Of a stretch of DNA of 64,000 nt, positions 58,501-64,000 are shown in pieces. Source of the stretch: a virus; the IMG/VR virus record IMGVR_UViG_3300047509_000103, positions 16,858-80,857 of that record; one strand, written 5' to 3'. The notes below the pieces were generated by a model. The model searched no databases. It was given only the letters and a program-made list of their open reading frames with translations, and was not told where the DNA came from. The position numbers were made by a program, and so were the translations under genes. Positions within the stretch are counted from its first letter, which is position 1. Each line of letters begins with the position of its first letter.

Positions 58501-58845
58501 ATCGCTGGCAGCTACGCCATCAACGAAGGCCCGAGCATCGGCTCGCTGTACAAGACCTACAAGTACGCGCACTCCGGCAACAAGACCAACGAGATCATCG
58601 GCCACACGCTACAAGGCATGGTTGTTCCCGGGTTGGCGACGGATTTGGCAAAGGGAATGGACTACGACAAGGCGAAGGACCAGAACCGCGACAACCCGAC
58701 ATGGCGCAATCTTGTTGACGTGCCTGGCGGCCAATTGCACGCGCGCACGCGCTATCCGCAGTCGGTGTTGCAAGGGGTCCAGGAAGGCATACCTTTCGCC
58801 CGTAACCTTGTTCCGGATCGTAAGCAGCCTGCGAAGTCGCCGTAA
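49564..58845 (+). CDS. giant polyvalent ejection protein (GGDEF-like, truncated InPase-like, zincin x2, ART, KOW)
   Basis: RTGGDEV; AGNHKMGH..IEVPKG; HEAVGH; FHGT..GHFFT..GYDG..QIKS; HEVVH; GDRVRVTTG. Confidence 0.88.
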   Translation: MDLKPYDGDVLSAPPAPQATLQPYDGDVSATAPARTLTQGADQPGLMNGAGNLWRGLSDSVGNIASSAKGALETGAGQTVRGLEDVASRIPGAATPEQASETAAALDKTPLRALAPAGLSFSDIINAPRTLKAAGEAAQASTTPEFKEATSKGILDPGGFTPTNIASKAVNTVAGMAAPMALSMVPGIGQVAGPAAFASQGEAAGREAGEQQVKALTDEQIAAIPGYEGMSPADARAKLSDDVANRQALVQGTFGGVLGVVGKIPGVEALGDAAAGTLSRVLSKPIANRVGAGIGEAAGFGGINAAGQVVGNVTNPIPTDTFAGVPEAAASGLAPGFAMGALRGLHAPAETKPGNTNADLLKAANPGAPDVRAPGQSEDAQAVVAPGSGTAPPPPAAPAPPNPIDQEIIKQRAAPTGPIGKVVANMQTTDEAGPIPDASLNVELANSAQPQNDANAPLQLTHDNTIKLGGPIAPAEPFGGAGLDEPFQGADARAASDAVPPQPPPASSELAVQPQTPPQPLPFVHAQDLREMVDQRISALHDALHSRDRRMTQEELSQYQQLLANYDQPYELAGLMGVSVDPATIGKTKAAGKDAAVAPKAVNPAPVGAGETQVQEAQRTPFDLPGAAQQRQFVADMQAHGVPDDVIQQHMPHAPKDSVTGFYDARADNMKTQTVQRAIDHVGNTGEPAQYVSGDIFNLGGLNSHVGNKAEAANVHYRAVSEILADELGKTGADVIPMRTGGDEVGALVVGSHPDATRQAVARAQPRISEYAKQNGLDAIPHSRRPGEQGFGMHIGVADIKPESTVKEVLDTADNGVNISKHGGDNVARSTAGKTGATSPEGQTGRAVPGVVESGVGRAPEKRAPGRQAGTGQGQKPDEGEVALATQPKPKTPPKGGVSASVGTITRAEDGTQAVHTSVGQRKFNDTDYDVGLLGSSQKDGTVVLQRGLDYTVPDKPEYSRIKGLDVRPLYAEHEAVERDTEDRGTNYSKSHYDHAIPAEHKMLLEKLGLKAGTPEADEAIRQYDAFSDEQVKQAAAVKNPKVAPDLLELPYEHPHNAEQRRLLAETETNKTNVAKPNVGDADAHADLRRALQRIASGDAPDRVLAGENRDTINAVAKALGKEYSPKASDAKVIDNLGKLAIADRMSAARAAHGKLPGGAVDEAARASAAHPEAEKPATPAQQEAGNHKMGHVDVHGMDVTIEVPKGGLRKGTNKAGVPWEREQRAGLIDRAGQRAVTVAGEKFSSEPDALRALHAEIDKQKGDDASAKYTIEIGGKQYTAKDKAEEAIRSTLGDHEPFEATIGDKTFIRRYDAAKEIAHALNSENGEVANKRVGTLYGFPLVADADAHQRHGVQVFTTSLSVLGKDGQVLLSRETEERPTAETTPQALRGALSGLAADLADNYAAKREADVNRNIENAKADIPDIKERLSKPFEYAQELADKRARLHAVVQELAASSESNSRRTPDEPAPPAAPGSFSKSAGEGGGAKTTELRAAIAEATKNWGDNAPDWRVVDTPEQLPAAAKRDPGYTKARGYYDGKTAYVVASKHADVEGALRTLAHEAVGHHGIENIVNDHVKGGWDQLAGDIDRLRTQGLGSEKMRAVLADVEKRYPGADKTTFAKETLAVMAERGIKNGLLARAVAAVRAFVRKLLPSLKFGEADLGKLLQHSDEYLNDAEGQRARQETVGAMAFDKAPPTDSPEFKKFFGSSKVVDKAGVPRVVFHGTGEDFSVFDPGKKGAATSHTTAPLGHFFTEDRARAARYAENASGGRPADERIVDAYLNVRKPYEMSLKEAQEIDSPEDAHALQERLRAEGYDGVHIKEPGTWIAFDNNQIKSASENRGTFDPNHPDITYRRTDRTADNTHDSVASARREAGNVLGSGSLERLEKAGVQFITRADLDSMDLAAGSARFADGSSVSGRPLTESEKDGVRGVTIDGTPHIVADNIPKGDVAKTIVHEVVHANIEQVLGGTQGVREIANIIHRLAGLKDKAGNLLHPELRAAVDEIPADTSPNKYHEEIIAHAGEFLHDDSLWRQIKDKVLTNLAKLGIGRKWADTNEALIRGIVRDTMRDYQNPKAVAGREVPAGKTAGTAGESPISDQIKTNVGSPISDETPAPKPGAEPIATGDRVRVTTGIAAGREGTVIRRDADATRIRLDNGEEVGLSNKVVERAEVKQAGEPRGADTDTTGIKNAKTAEWAAAHGQEHVRAEVHGREAAQAEARDRLARDPAAGQKLATELSENPRRAVTDTDAALMNLHLGDVRRAHVASVDKVNAMADSKDEQAKVRAQLEMEGMDAQLGTAERAGAVVRERWHSLGMALQDEVTPEGLFARWKNYVQARGGGKPLSAEAQGKIKELTDKIAKLEQQISSKRGRGTTARDPKERYAAIRAKLEEIAKRQDTAAAYARDNGVSFAEAIKRFQSDAPKPTAEQLAKNAKAESAIEREMKQGGSKQDDVAFARSRDDEERNLVRQMARALVEGGETDAQELVNRIHEDVGATAKLSRDMVRNIIAGVVKGAAPTKPELTVRMEAIRKELRAEYAANKQDSRRDTTRQKALRKQMGDIERRIKQGDFSKVKREAPKYSEDTFDLQRQVNIAKRGLEKAATTAENANKSLPGRIADGAIKMQRLFILSHLSALQKLPLAAVTKMAITPLEEAIGSALRRIPGLSRIAEMAPRHGHGFTPAAEAEGVRGIRMAGKGAGQLFRQGYDWLDDEYGSKWKGADEWSNLSGRVHSMMKEPAKLNEFYRSFYLRSQHARDQAIRDGMTPTRADAYIDQPSVKYMIGEAAYADAQEAIMQGKNALVDAIDSAVRSIGHSSAGGKVVERLFNILVPIKKVPGNIVKEATSYAGGGIKALPKLIQAVRKGVDSLTPEQADYVMKNLKRQSVGVVLMGIGYTLGPAILGGIENIFNDDRDEYKKRMASGKPLTGTAKVNGVYLNPNFFHAPATSAIQAGAQFRKMLDDEGRKATFEKGLGDMLKIAGSYAINEGPSIGSLYKTYKYAHSGNKTNEIIGHTLQGMVVPGLATDLAKGMDYDKAKDQNRDNPTWRNLVDVPGGQLHARTRYPQSVLQGVQEGIPFARNLVPDRKQPAKSP
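52040..52210 (+). CDS. nested out-of-frame 56-aa gene inside the giant ORF
   Basis: GGTGGAG RBS plus ATG; helical product MSHEARLERLGLLHLKDKPEELYQ...; terminator directly after. Confidence 0.6.
   Translation: MSHEARLERLGLLHLKDKPEELYQASLKAVSDAHLRNVLRDAKREQDKAKSQTKAK
52235..52268 (+). terminator. intragenic intrinsic terminator
   Basis: ACGCCGCC-GAAA-GGTGGCGT followed by TTCTGCTTCTGT. Confidence 0.65.
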
Positions 58846-58846
58846 C

Positions 58847-59134
58847 ATGCAGCGCAAACCGCCGTACACGCCGACGAAGTTCGCGATTCTCTACACGCCA
58901 CCCGACTATTCGCCCGTGGTTGCAGAGGGCGAGTACGTCATACACAACCATCGCAAGGCATTCTTCGTCACCGGCGTTTCGCCGAGCAAGCGCATTCCTG
59001 GCAAGGTCAACCTGAAGGTGTTGCGATGGCCGCTAGACGAAGTGTCGGCCGGTGCCGTTGTGCATCACACTGTGCCGCATCGTAAGCCGCGATCTCTCAA
59101 GAATCGGCTGAAGCTTACGCCGAGCTTTGCTTAG
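58847..59134 (+). CDS. hypothetical protein
   Basis: ATG immediately after the giant gene stop. Confidence 0.55.
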   Translation: MQRKPPYTPTKFAILYTPPDYSPVVAEGEYVIHNHRKAFFVTGVSPSKRIPGKVNLKVLRWPLDEVSAGAVVHHTVPHRKPRSLKNRLKLTPSFA

Positions 59135-59426
59135 CGAAGACGCGATAATTCTGGCTTGCGTAGTACGTGGCGCCTCTGATATCAGTCTCTAAGGGATAAA
59201 ACTCGCACAGCACCACGCCGTCAAGTAGCCATTCTTCGCGCTGGTCGTGCCCATAGGTGACGTTCGTTAGCCTTCCACGAAGAGATTCGATGTTGAATTT
59301 GCCGAGGACTTTTGTGAGCGCGCCGATGATGACCTCGTCGCGCTGCGCAACAATATTTTTCATCATCCGCGATACCAATTGTTGGCTGAGCTCGCTCACG
59401 GTTTTGCCTTGTTCCGCATCCACCAC
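59115..59426 (-). CDS. hypothetical protein
   Basis: convergent minus-strand operon. Confidence 0.6.
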   Translation of the reverse strand: MVDAEQGKTVSELSQQLVSRMMKNIVAQRDEVIIGALTKVLGKFNIESLRGRLTNVTYGHDQREEWLLDGVVLCEFYPLETDIRGATYYASQNYRVFAKQSSA

Positions 59427-59617
59427 GCTATTGCTTCGAGTTGGTCGGCGGTGAAGCTAATATCATCGCTAAATCGTGCTTCAGCTTCGTTTGTTGACCA
59501 TGCAAAATAAACTTCGTCGCTAGGCTCGTGCACGTAGGAAAGGTGGTCACCGTACAAGCCGAACATGAATATTGGTTCGAGTAATTCTCTGGCGCGCTGT
59601 TCGTCCATTGTAGTCAC
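59396..59617 (-). CDS. hypothetical protein
   Basis: 'FTADQLEAIAWWMRN'. Confidence 0.6.
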   Translation of the reverse strand: MTTMDEQRARELLEPIFMFGLYGDHLSYVHEPSDEVYFAWSTNEAEARFSDDISFTADQLEAIAWWMRNKAKP

Positions 59618-59895
59618 CCGAGGTACCGCGCTAGGTGCTTGTCGATCACGTCACTCAGATGTAGCGAAGTCGGCCAATCGTTGTCGCCGTGGTGTTCGCA
59701 CACCTGGCGTAATGTGGCGATCGCCGCTTCACGTTCGAGTACCCATGCCACCTTGCCCGTTTCCGGATCGGTGTACCCAAGGCGTTGTATACAGTGTTGC
59801 AACATTGAGAGCGTCGCCGCGCGACCGCCTTGCTCGTAGATGCACTCTTCCTGCTCGGTCATAAGCGTCGATCCTAAAGTAGTTCTGGTTTCCAT
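59614..59895 (-). CDS. hypothetical protein
   Basis: 'LRQVCEHHGDNDW..LHLSDVIDKHL'. Confidence 0.65.
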   Translation of the reverse strand: METRTTLGSTLMTEQEECIYEQGGRAATLSMLQHCIQRLGYTDPETGKVAWVLEREAAIATLRQVCEHHGDNDWPTSLHLSDVIDKHLARYLG

Positions 59896-60494
59896 GCGTT
59901 GCGCTTCACGTGGTTTTCGTCATGCACTATGACACGCATGTTGTTCTCTACGTGGAGCCCGCAGACCAGCGGATGGATTAGTGGAATGACGTGGTCGACC
60001 TCGTGCCGCGCGCCAGTCTGTTGTGAAAGTTCGCGCGCCAGTACATAGAGCGCCCGTATAGCTTTGCTGTCCGCCCAAGGTGTTTTCTTTGCTTGGTTTC
60101 GTCTCTGCCGACGGCCATCCGCATCAAGTTTGGATCGCTCTTGCCGCTGCGCCCATCCGTTAAACCGCGTTGAATTTTCTTGTTGTATCTGCTGCCTGAC
60201 GTCCAAGTTTTGAATTGCTTCTACCACACGATACAGATCAGCCAACGTGGCGGTTGCTGACGCAATGCGAATTCTCTTTGGGCGGTCATCTACAACGCGT
60301 GAGTCGGCCATCGTGAGATAGCCAGGCATTACGGTGTACCAATGCTTTGAACGGCGATCCCAGTAGCACCACTTTGGGATCTGACGCTGATCGATGTGCG
60401 CCGGCAGCGTGCTGTTGATTTTGCGTGGCCTACCGCGCCCGGCACCAAGCAGTTTTTCAGGCGGTTCGCTCCGTAAAACTGACGGTTGTTTCAT
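59874..60494 (-). CDS. fusion of integrase-N-terminal-like domain and HNH endonuclease (start uncertain)
   Basis: GRPRKINSTLPAHID..PKWCYWD..WYT..RIA..ATLADL matches the integrase N-terminus; TPWAD..EVDHVIPL..VCGLHV..N. Confidence 0.82.
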   Translation of the reverse strand: MKQPSVLRSEPPEKLLGAGRGRPRKINSTLPAHIDQRQIPKWCYWDRRSKHWYTVMPGYLTMADSRVVDDRPKRIRIASATATLADLYRVVEAIQNLDVRQQIQQENSTRFNGWAQRQERSKLDADGRRQRRNQAKKTPWADSKAIRALYVLARELSQQTGARHEVDHVIPLIHPLVCGLHVENNMRVIVHDENHVKRNAWKPELL

Positions 60495-60711
60495 GCGTTT
60501 ATATCCATGAAGATTGAAATGTCCGTAAAATGGCAAGTTTTCAATGTATTGAAATTATAATCTTTTTTGACTTACCGCAAGGGACTTAAAATCCCTCGGC
60601 CCTAATCGGCCATGCCGGTTCGAGTCCGGCCCCGGGCATTCACAATCAAAGGGTTAGCGTGGCGCAACGCCGCGCGCTGCAACTGACCCGTAAAAATCAC
60701 CGTAAAAATCA
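60471..60711. other. attP region with arm-type repeats and IHF box
   Basis: CCGTAAAA at 60471, 60523, 60688, 60700; AATCAAAGGGTTA (WATCAR-N4-TTR) at 60644-60656. Confidence 0.75.
60576..60638 (+). other. attP core: 3' portion of tRNA-Leu(TAA)
   Basis: AGGGA-CTTAAAA-TCCCT anticodon arm, long variable arm, GCCGG-TTCGAGT-CCGGC T arm; D arm and 5' acceptor strand absent. Confidence 0.9.
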
Positions 60712-60720
60712 CTTCTTCGG

Positions 60721-60948
60721 TCAGGGCTTGCTTTCCTCGCCATCCCGGTCCGTGAATTCCTGACCTATTTGTCCCGGCATGCGGCACCATTCGATCCATT
60801 CTCCAGTTTTCACCCATTGCCGCTGGATGACCCATTCGCAACGTTCGAGATCCAGAGAGACGCGCAGGTTTGCGAATACGGTCGGGCCATAGAGTTTGTC
60901 AATAATGACAACATCGTCCGGTCCGATTTCAATTATGTGCTCGGTCAT
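60721..60948 (-). CDS. hypothetical protein
   Basis: ORF directly downstream of int. Confidence 0.6.
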   Translation of the reverse strand: MTEHIIEIGPDDVVIIDKLYGPTVFANLRVSLDLERCEWVIQRQWVKTGEWIEWCRMPGQIGQEFTDRDGEESKP

Positions 60949-60957
60949 ATCACCATC

Positions 60958-62091
60958 TCACTCTCCAGCCGGGTTCACAAGTGGAACAGTAAAATCGTAT
61001 ACATCCATCATCGCATCAGTGACATGCCCGCTTGCTTCCTTCCGATCGGCGCGTGTGCCGACTGTGTCGGTGACACCACGGCGCTTGAGCGGATGCAACG
61101 AGAAGCGTTGCTCGGCAGTGATAACACCCTCAGCGATAGCCAGCTTGATCGCATGCTGCCACGCGCTGTCGAACGTACCCTTGCGCAATGCTTTGCCATC
61201 AATGCCCACCAGCAGTGGCCTGTCTTCGGCGCGGATCGGCACCGGCGTGCGGCAACGCGCCCAGGTGGATTCACGCAGTGCGATCGCTGCATCCCACGCG
61301 GCGCGTAGTCGCGGCGACCAGCGCACGCAATTGTCACGGCTGCCCTTGCGCCGATTCGTCACCACGCCGTCGGTGGTGGCGTTCGCATCAGTGAGCGTCA
61401 GCACCTCGATGCCGCGCAGCCGGCACATGAAGGCAAACTCCATTGCCAGCCACAGGTACGGTGCGACGGCGCCGGCGCGGCGCAGCGTGACGCCAGCGCG
61501 CTGCTGGAAGAACTGCAGCACCGCCATCACGGCGACAGGCTCTGGCAGGATCCGCCGCTTGCGTTCCTTGGCCTGGCGCACGCCCTTGCACGGGTTGTGG
61601 TTGCACTTGCCGTTGCGCACGCCCCAGGCGAGCGACCGGCGCAGGTAGCGCAGCAGGTGGTTCGCCTTGGTCGGCGTGGTCTTCGCGATTGAATTGACCA
61701 GTACCTGCATCATTGGCACCGACATGCGCGCCACGTTCAGCGAGGTCAACGTGCCGGCCTTGGTCTTGAATGCGGTGGCGATCGCACGCTGTTTTTCGTA
61801 GCCCGCGCGCGTGCTCGGCGCGAGCTCGCGGAATTCGACATCGTCGTGAAACGCGGCGAGCACGTAGCCCAAGCAGGTGTGATCAACGCCGGCAATGCTT
61901 TCCAGGATGGAGTGCAGATCGGCGAGCGTTGCTTCCGGACCAGCTATGCGCTGCCGGCGCGGCTTCGGATAGGTGTGGATTGTGTACCAGACGCGATCAC
62001 GCCCGTCCCAATAGCAGCGCTTCGGCAGCCGCCGCGGATCCACGCGGGCCGGCATGCTCGAATCCAGAACGCGCGGGCGGCCGCGGCTCAA
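60958..62091 (-). CDS. int: tyrosine integrase
   Basis: catalytic R (RLRGIE), K (RRKGS), HPLKRR, GH, Y; TTG start overlapping the xis stop. Confidence 0.92.
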   Translation of the reverse strand: MSRGRPRVLDSSMPARVDPRRLPKRCYWDGRDRVWYTIHTYPKPRRQRIAGPEATLADLHSILESIAGVDHTCLGYVLAAFHDDVEFRELAPSTRAGYEKQRAIATAFKTKAGTLTSLNVARMSVPMMQVLVNSIAKTTPTKANHLLRYLRRSLAWGVRNGKCNHNPCKGVRQAKERKRRILPEPVAVMAVLQFFQQRAGVTLRRAGAVAPYLWLAMEFAFMCRLRGIEVLTLTDANATTDGVVTNRRKGSRDNCVRWSPRLRAAWDAAIALRESTWARCRTPVPIRAEDRPLLVGIDGKALRKGTFDSAWQHAIKLAIAEGVITAEQRFSLHPLKRRGVTDTVGTRADRKEASGHVTDAMMDVYDFTVPLVNPAGE

Positions 62092-62324
62092 CGGCAAATT
62101 TCCGGTGAGTACGCCTCGGCGCTGCCGGTCACCACGACGCGCCCGCCCGCCTGGTTTATCAGATCGATTGTCGTCCAAGGTTTCCCCGCCTTGCCGATGA
62201 ACACCGTGATGCCCTGCTTGCGAAGGTTGCGCACCACGTCGCCGGCGCGTTCAAGGCCGGTGATGCTGCACAACTCTTCGAATGGGACGAGCGCGGTCAT
62301 AGCAGGGAATTGGATGCTCAGCAA
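62088..62324 (-). CDS. putative excisionase (DUF4224-like)
   Basis: small protein 'EELCSITG..LRKQGI..GKPWTT' directly upstream of int. Confidence 0.7.
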   Translation of the reverse strand: MLSIQFPAMTALVPFEELCSITGLERAGDVVRNLRKQGITVFIGKAGKPWTTIDLINQAGGRVVVTGSAEAYSPEICR

Positions 62325-63643
62325 GGCTCGGAAGTGGAAGGTGGGGTAGATCCATTCGTCACGAGTTCACAACCCGCCTTAGCCAGATCGACCACCCGAC
62401 ACGGTATTGTGATGCCGCCAAGCTTCGGATCGCAGCGATCCACATTGCACGGCCGGTTGTGCGTGTTGCACCAGTACCGTATCCCCTGATTCGCCGATAG
62501 CGCGCTTGGATTCTTGATCGGCCACAGTTGAAACGCTGTCGGCGTGCATTGGCATCGCGCAGGAATCGACGTAGCAAGTGGCAGTCGCACCACACGCAGA
62601 CAGGACGTGCAGCAATACCAGCGGCCATCCGTCGTCGCAGCCTGAGCCGATAGCGCGGCTTGGAGGGCGGTGCGCAAGAACACATCGTTGCAGTAAACTT
62701 CATCAAGATCATCGGCCGCTGCGTTGTAAGCGATGGCCGCACGGTCTACCATGTCATCCGTCACCACACGATCTACCGTGGCAGGGCAGTATGGCTTCAA
62801 CTTTGGATCAGCGGTGTGCGCAACTGTGCCGCCTTCGCGCAAAAATCGCGCATCAGCGTCATCCTGCGATTTGTCTTCAGGTTCCAAAAGCACTCTATTC
62901 GATACGGCCGTGGTGCTTAGGTAGTGCTCGCAAAGTGCGGCTACGTTGTAGGCGTCAGTCCGCCCGATAACTAGCTCTTGTCCGCCTTTGTCACGCACGA
63001 GCAAAAATCGCTCAAGAATGCGCTCAACTTGGTCGCGCGTCAGTTCACTCACTCCAACTACTGGCGAACTGTCAATTGCTGGCGGATTAGTAGTTGCGGC
63101 TTTGATGCGCTCGAATCTTCCGTCCAGCATTTCAATGTCCGCGCGAACGAAACACTTGCCATCTTCGGCGCGGTAAACGTAAGCAGGTTGCATCGTCTTT
63201 TCGATAAAGCAGCGCGTCTCAATTTTGTAGACGCCGCCGGTTTTTTTGTGGCGCACAAAATCGCCGGGAGCGAACTCGTTGTAGCCAGTTAGCAATACCG
63301 CCGGTTCTGTTTCCCATTCGATAGTAAGGCCGAATGATTCAAGCGCCTTACCCATGCAAACGTACTGCGCATCGGCTTGCTGCATGGACTGATCGTTGTA
63401 GGCGGTCACGGCCTTATCCAAATCTGCGCGACTCACCATCCATTCGTCGGCGTCCGGCCCATCGGTCTTTGGGGCGGACGGAGGTTCACCTGCGTAAGCG
63501 CACGGCCAGGGCACGCCACAGACGACGCAGCAGCCATGCAGCTTACCGTTCGCCGGATCATGTTCACTACCACAGCAGGCGCGGTGCGCTATCAGTTGCG
63601 CTAGTCGCTCGGCGCTGACAATCGGCTGGAATGCGTCGCTCAT
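62318..63643 (-). CDS. mosaic multi-module protein including DUF1653-like domain
   Basis: 'RHKKTGGVY..VYRAEDG..FVR..GRF'; several Cys clusters. Confidence 0.7.
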   Translation of the reverse strand: MSDAFQPIVSAERLAQLIAHRACCGSEHDPANGKLHGCCVVCGVPWPCAYAGEPPSAPKTDGPDADEWMVSRADLDKAVTAYNDQSMQQADAQYVCMGKALESFGLTIEWETEPAVLLTGYNEFAPGDFVRHKKTGGVYKIETRCFIEKTMQPAYVYRAEDGKCFVRADIEMLDGRFERIKAATTNPPAIDSSPVVGVSELTRDQVERILERFLLVRDKGGQELVIGRTDAYNVAALCEHYLSTTAVSNRVLLEPEDKSQDDADARFLREGGTVAHTADPKLKPYCPATVDRVVTDDMVDRAAIAYNAAADDLDEVYCNDVFLRTALQAALSAQAATTDGRWYCCTSCLRVVRLPLATSIPARCQCTPTAFQLWPIKNPSALSANQGIRYWCNTHNRPCNVDRCDPKLGGITIPCRVVDLAKAGCELVTNGSTPPSTSEPC

Positions 63644-63975
63644 GACTTCCCCTCCGCGGCTGCCTGTACGCGCTTCCAATTGTTCACGACTTCAATTGGC
63701 GCGTCTTCAAGCCATCCAATCATGAAGTCGATGGAGTAGCGCAAGTCCCACTCTGCGCTCCTATCACGCTTGGTTGCGACAAGATTTGCGATGTATTCCT
63801 CAAGCGACACTTGATCGCGCCGCCAATCGATTTCATCGTGCGGATAGTTGAAGCGAGCGCATAGACTGCGGTGGAAATTCTTGAACGCAGCAGTGTCATC
63901 CCCGCCAATCGTGCGATTGCGCAATTCAAAGGCATACGATTGCAGCCAGCCAGCGGCATGAATCCTGTCCCTCAT
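63640..63975 (-). CDS. hypothetical protein
   Basis: 'FKNFHRSLCARF..HDEIDWRRDQVSL'. Confidence 0.65.
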   Translation of the reverse strand: MRDRIHAAGWLQSYAFELRNRTIGGDDTAAFKNFHRSLCARFNYPHDEIDWRRDQVSLEEYIANLVATKRDRSAEWDLRYSIDFMIGWLEDAPIEVVNNWKRVQAAAEGKS

Positions 63976-64000
63976 CGTGCAATCGCACGATTGGCGGGGA

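Noticed and set aside
60576-60638. Functional tRNA-Leu gene
   Set aside because: No 5' acceptor strand or D arm upstream and no CCA; best explained as the att core
1-64000. CRISPR array, DGR/retron reverse transcriptase, rRNA
   Set aside because: No regularly spaced repeat-spacer array, RT motif or rRNA sequence was seen by eye

Overview
The window is almost entirely one temperate dsDNA phage genome with podovirus-like gene content (single large portal, N4-gp56/DUF4043-like capsid, giant ejection protein, no tape measure or sheath). It appears to be unintegrated: an intact attP (3' two-thirds of tRNA-Leu(TAA), CCGTAAAA arm repeats, IHF box) at about 60.5-60.7 kb has phage genes on both sides. 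Plus strand order: recombination/nuclease/SNF2/methylase genes (0-5 kb), replication initiator and DnaC-like loader (6-7.7 kb), VRR-NUC and Q-like genes, an accessory region with a vWA gene and a TnpB (10.5-16.3 kb), late promoter/terminator, lysis region with lysozyme, holin-like genes, lipase and a lipoprotein (16.8-22.5 kb), terminase, portal, scaffold and capsid (22.5-32.6 kb), tail genes (32.8-47.8 kb), and ejection proteins including a 3093-aa polyvalent protein. Integrase, excisionase and mosaic genes are on the minus strand (59-64 kb). Most unusual observations: (1) a paralogue of the integrase N-terminal domain fused to an HNH nuclease across attP from the integrase; (2) accessory genes bounded by a bipartite GTTAGTAA-N23-T(T/G)TTCGCGCT repeat; (3) a nested out-of-frame gene with its own terminator directly behind a variant GGDEF domain in the giant protein; (4) a transposase-less TnpB with a rearranged RuvC site; (5) a multi-stem RNA-like leader before the capsid gene. 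All family assignments come from motif recognition by eye; no database searches were run.
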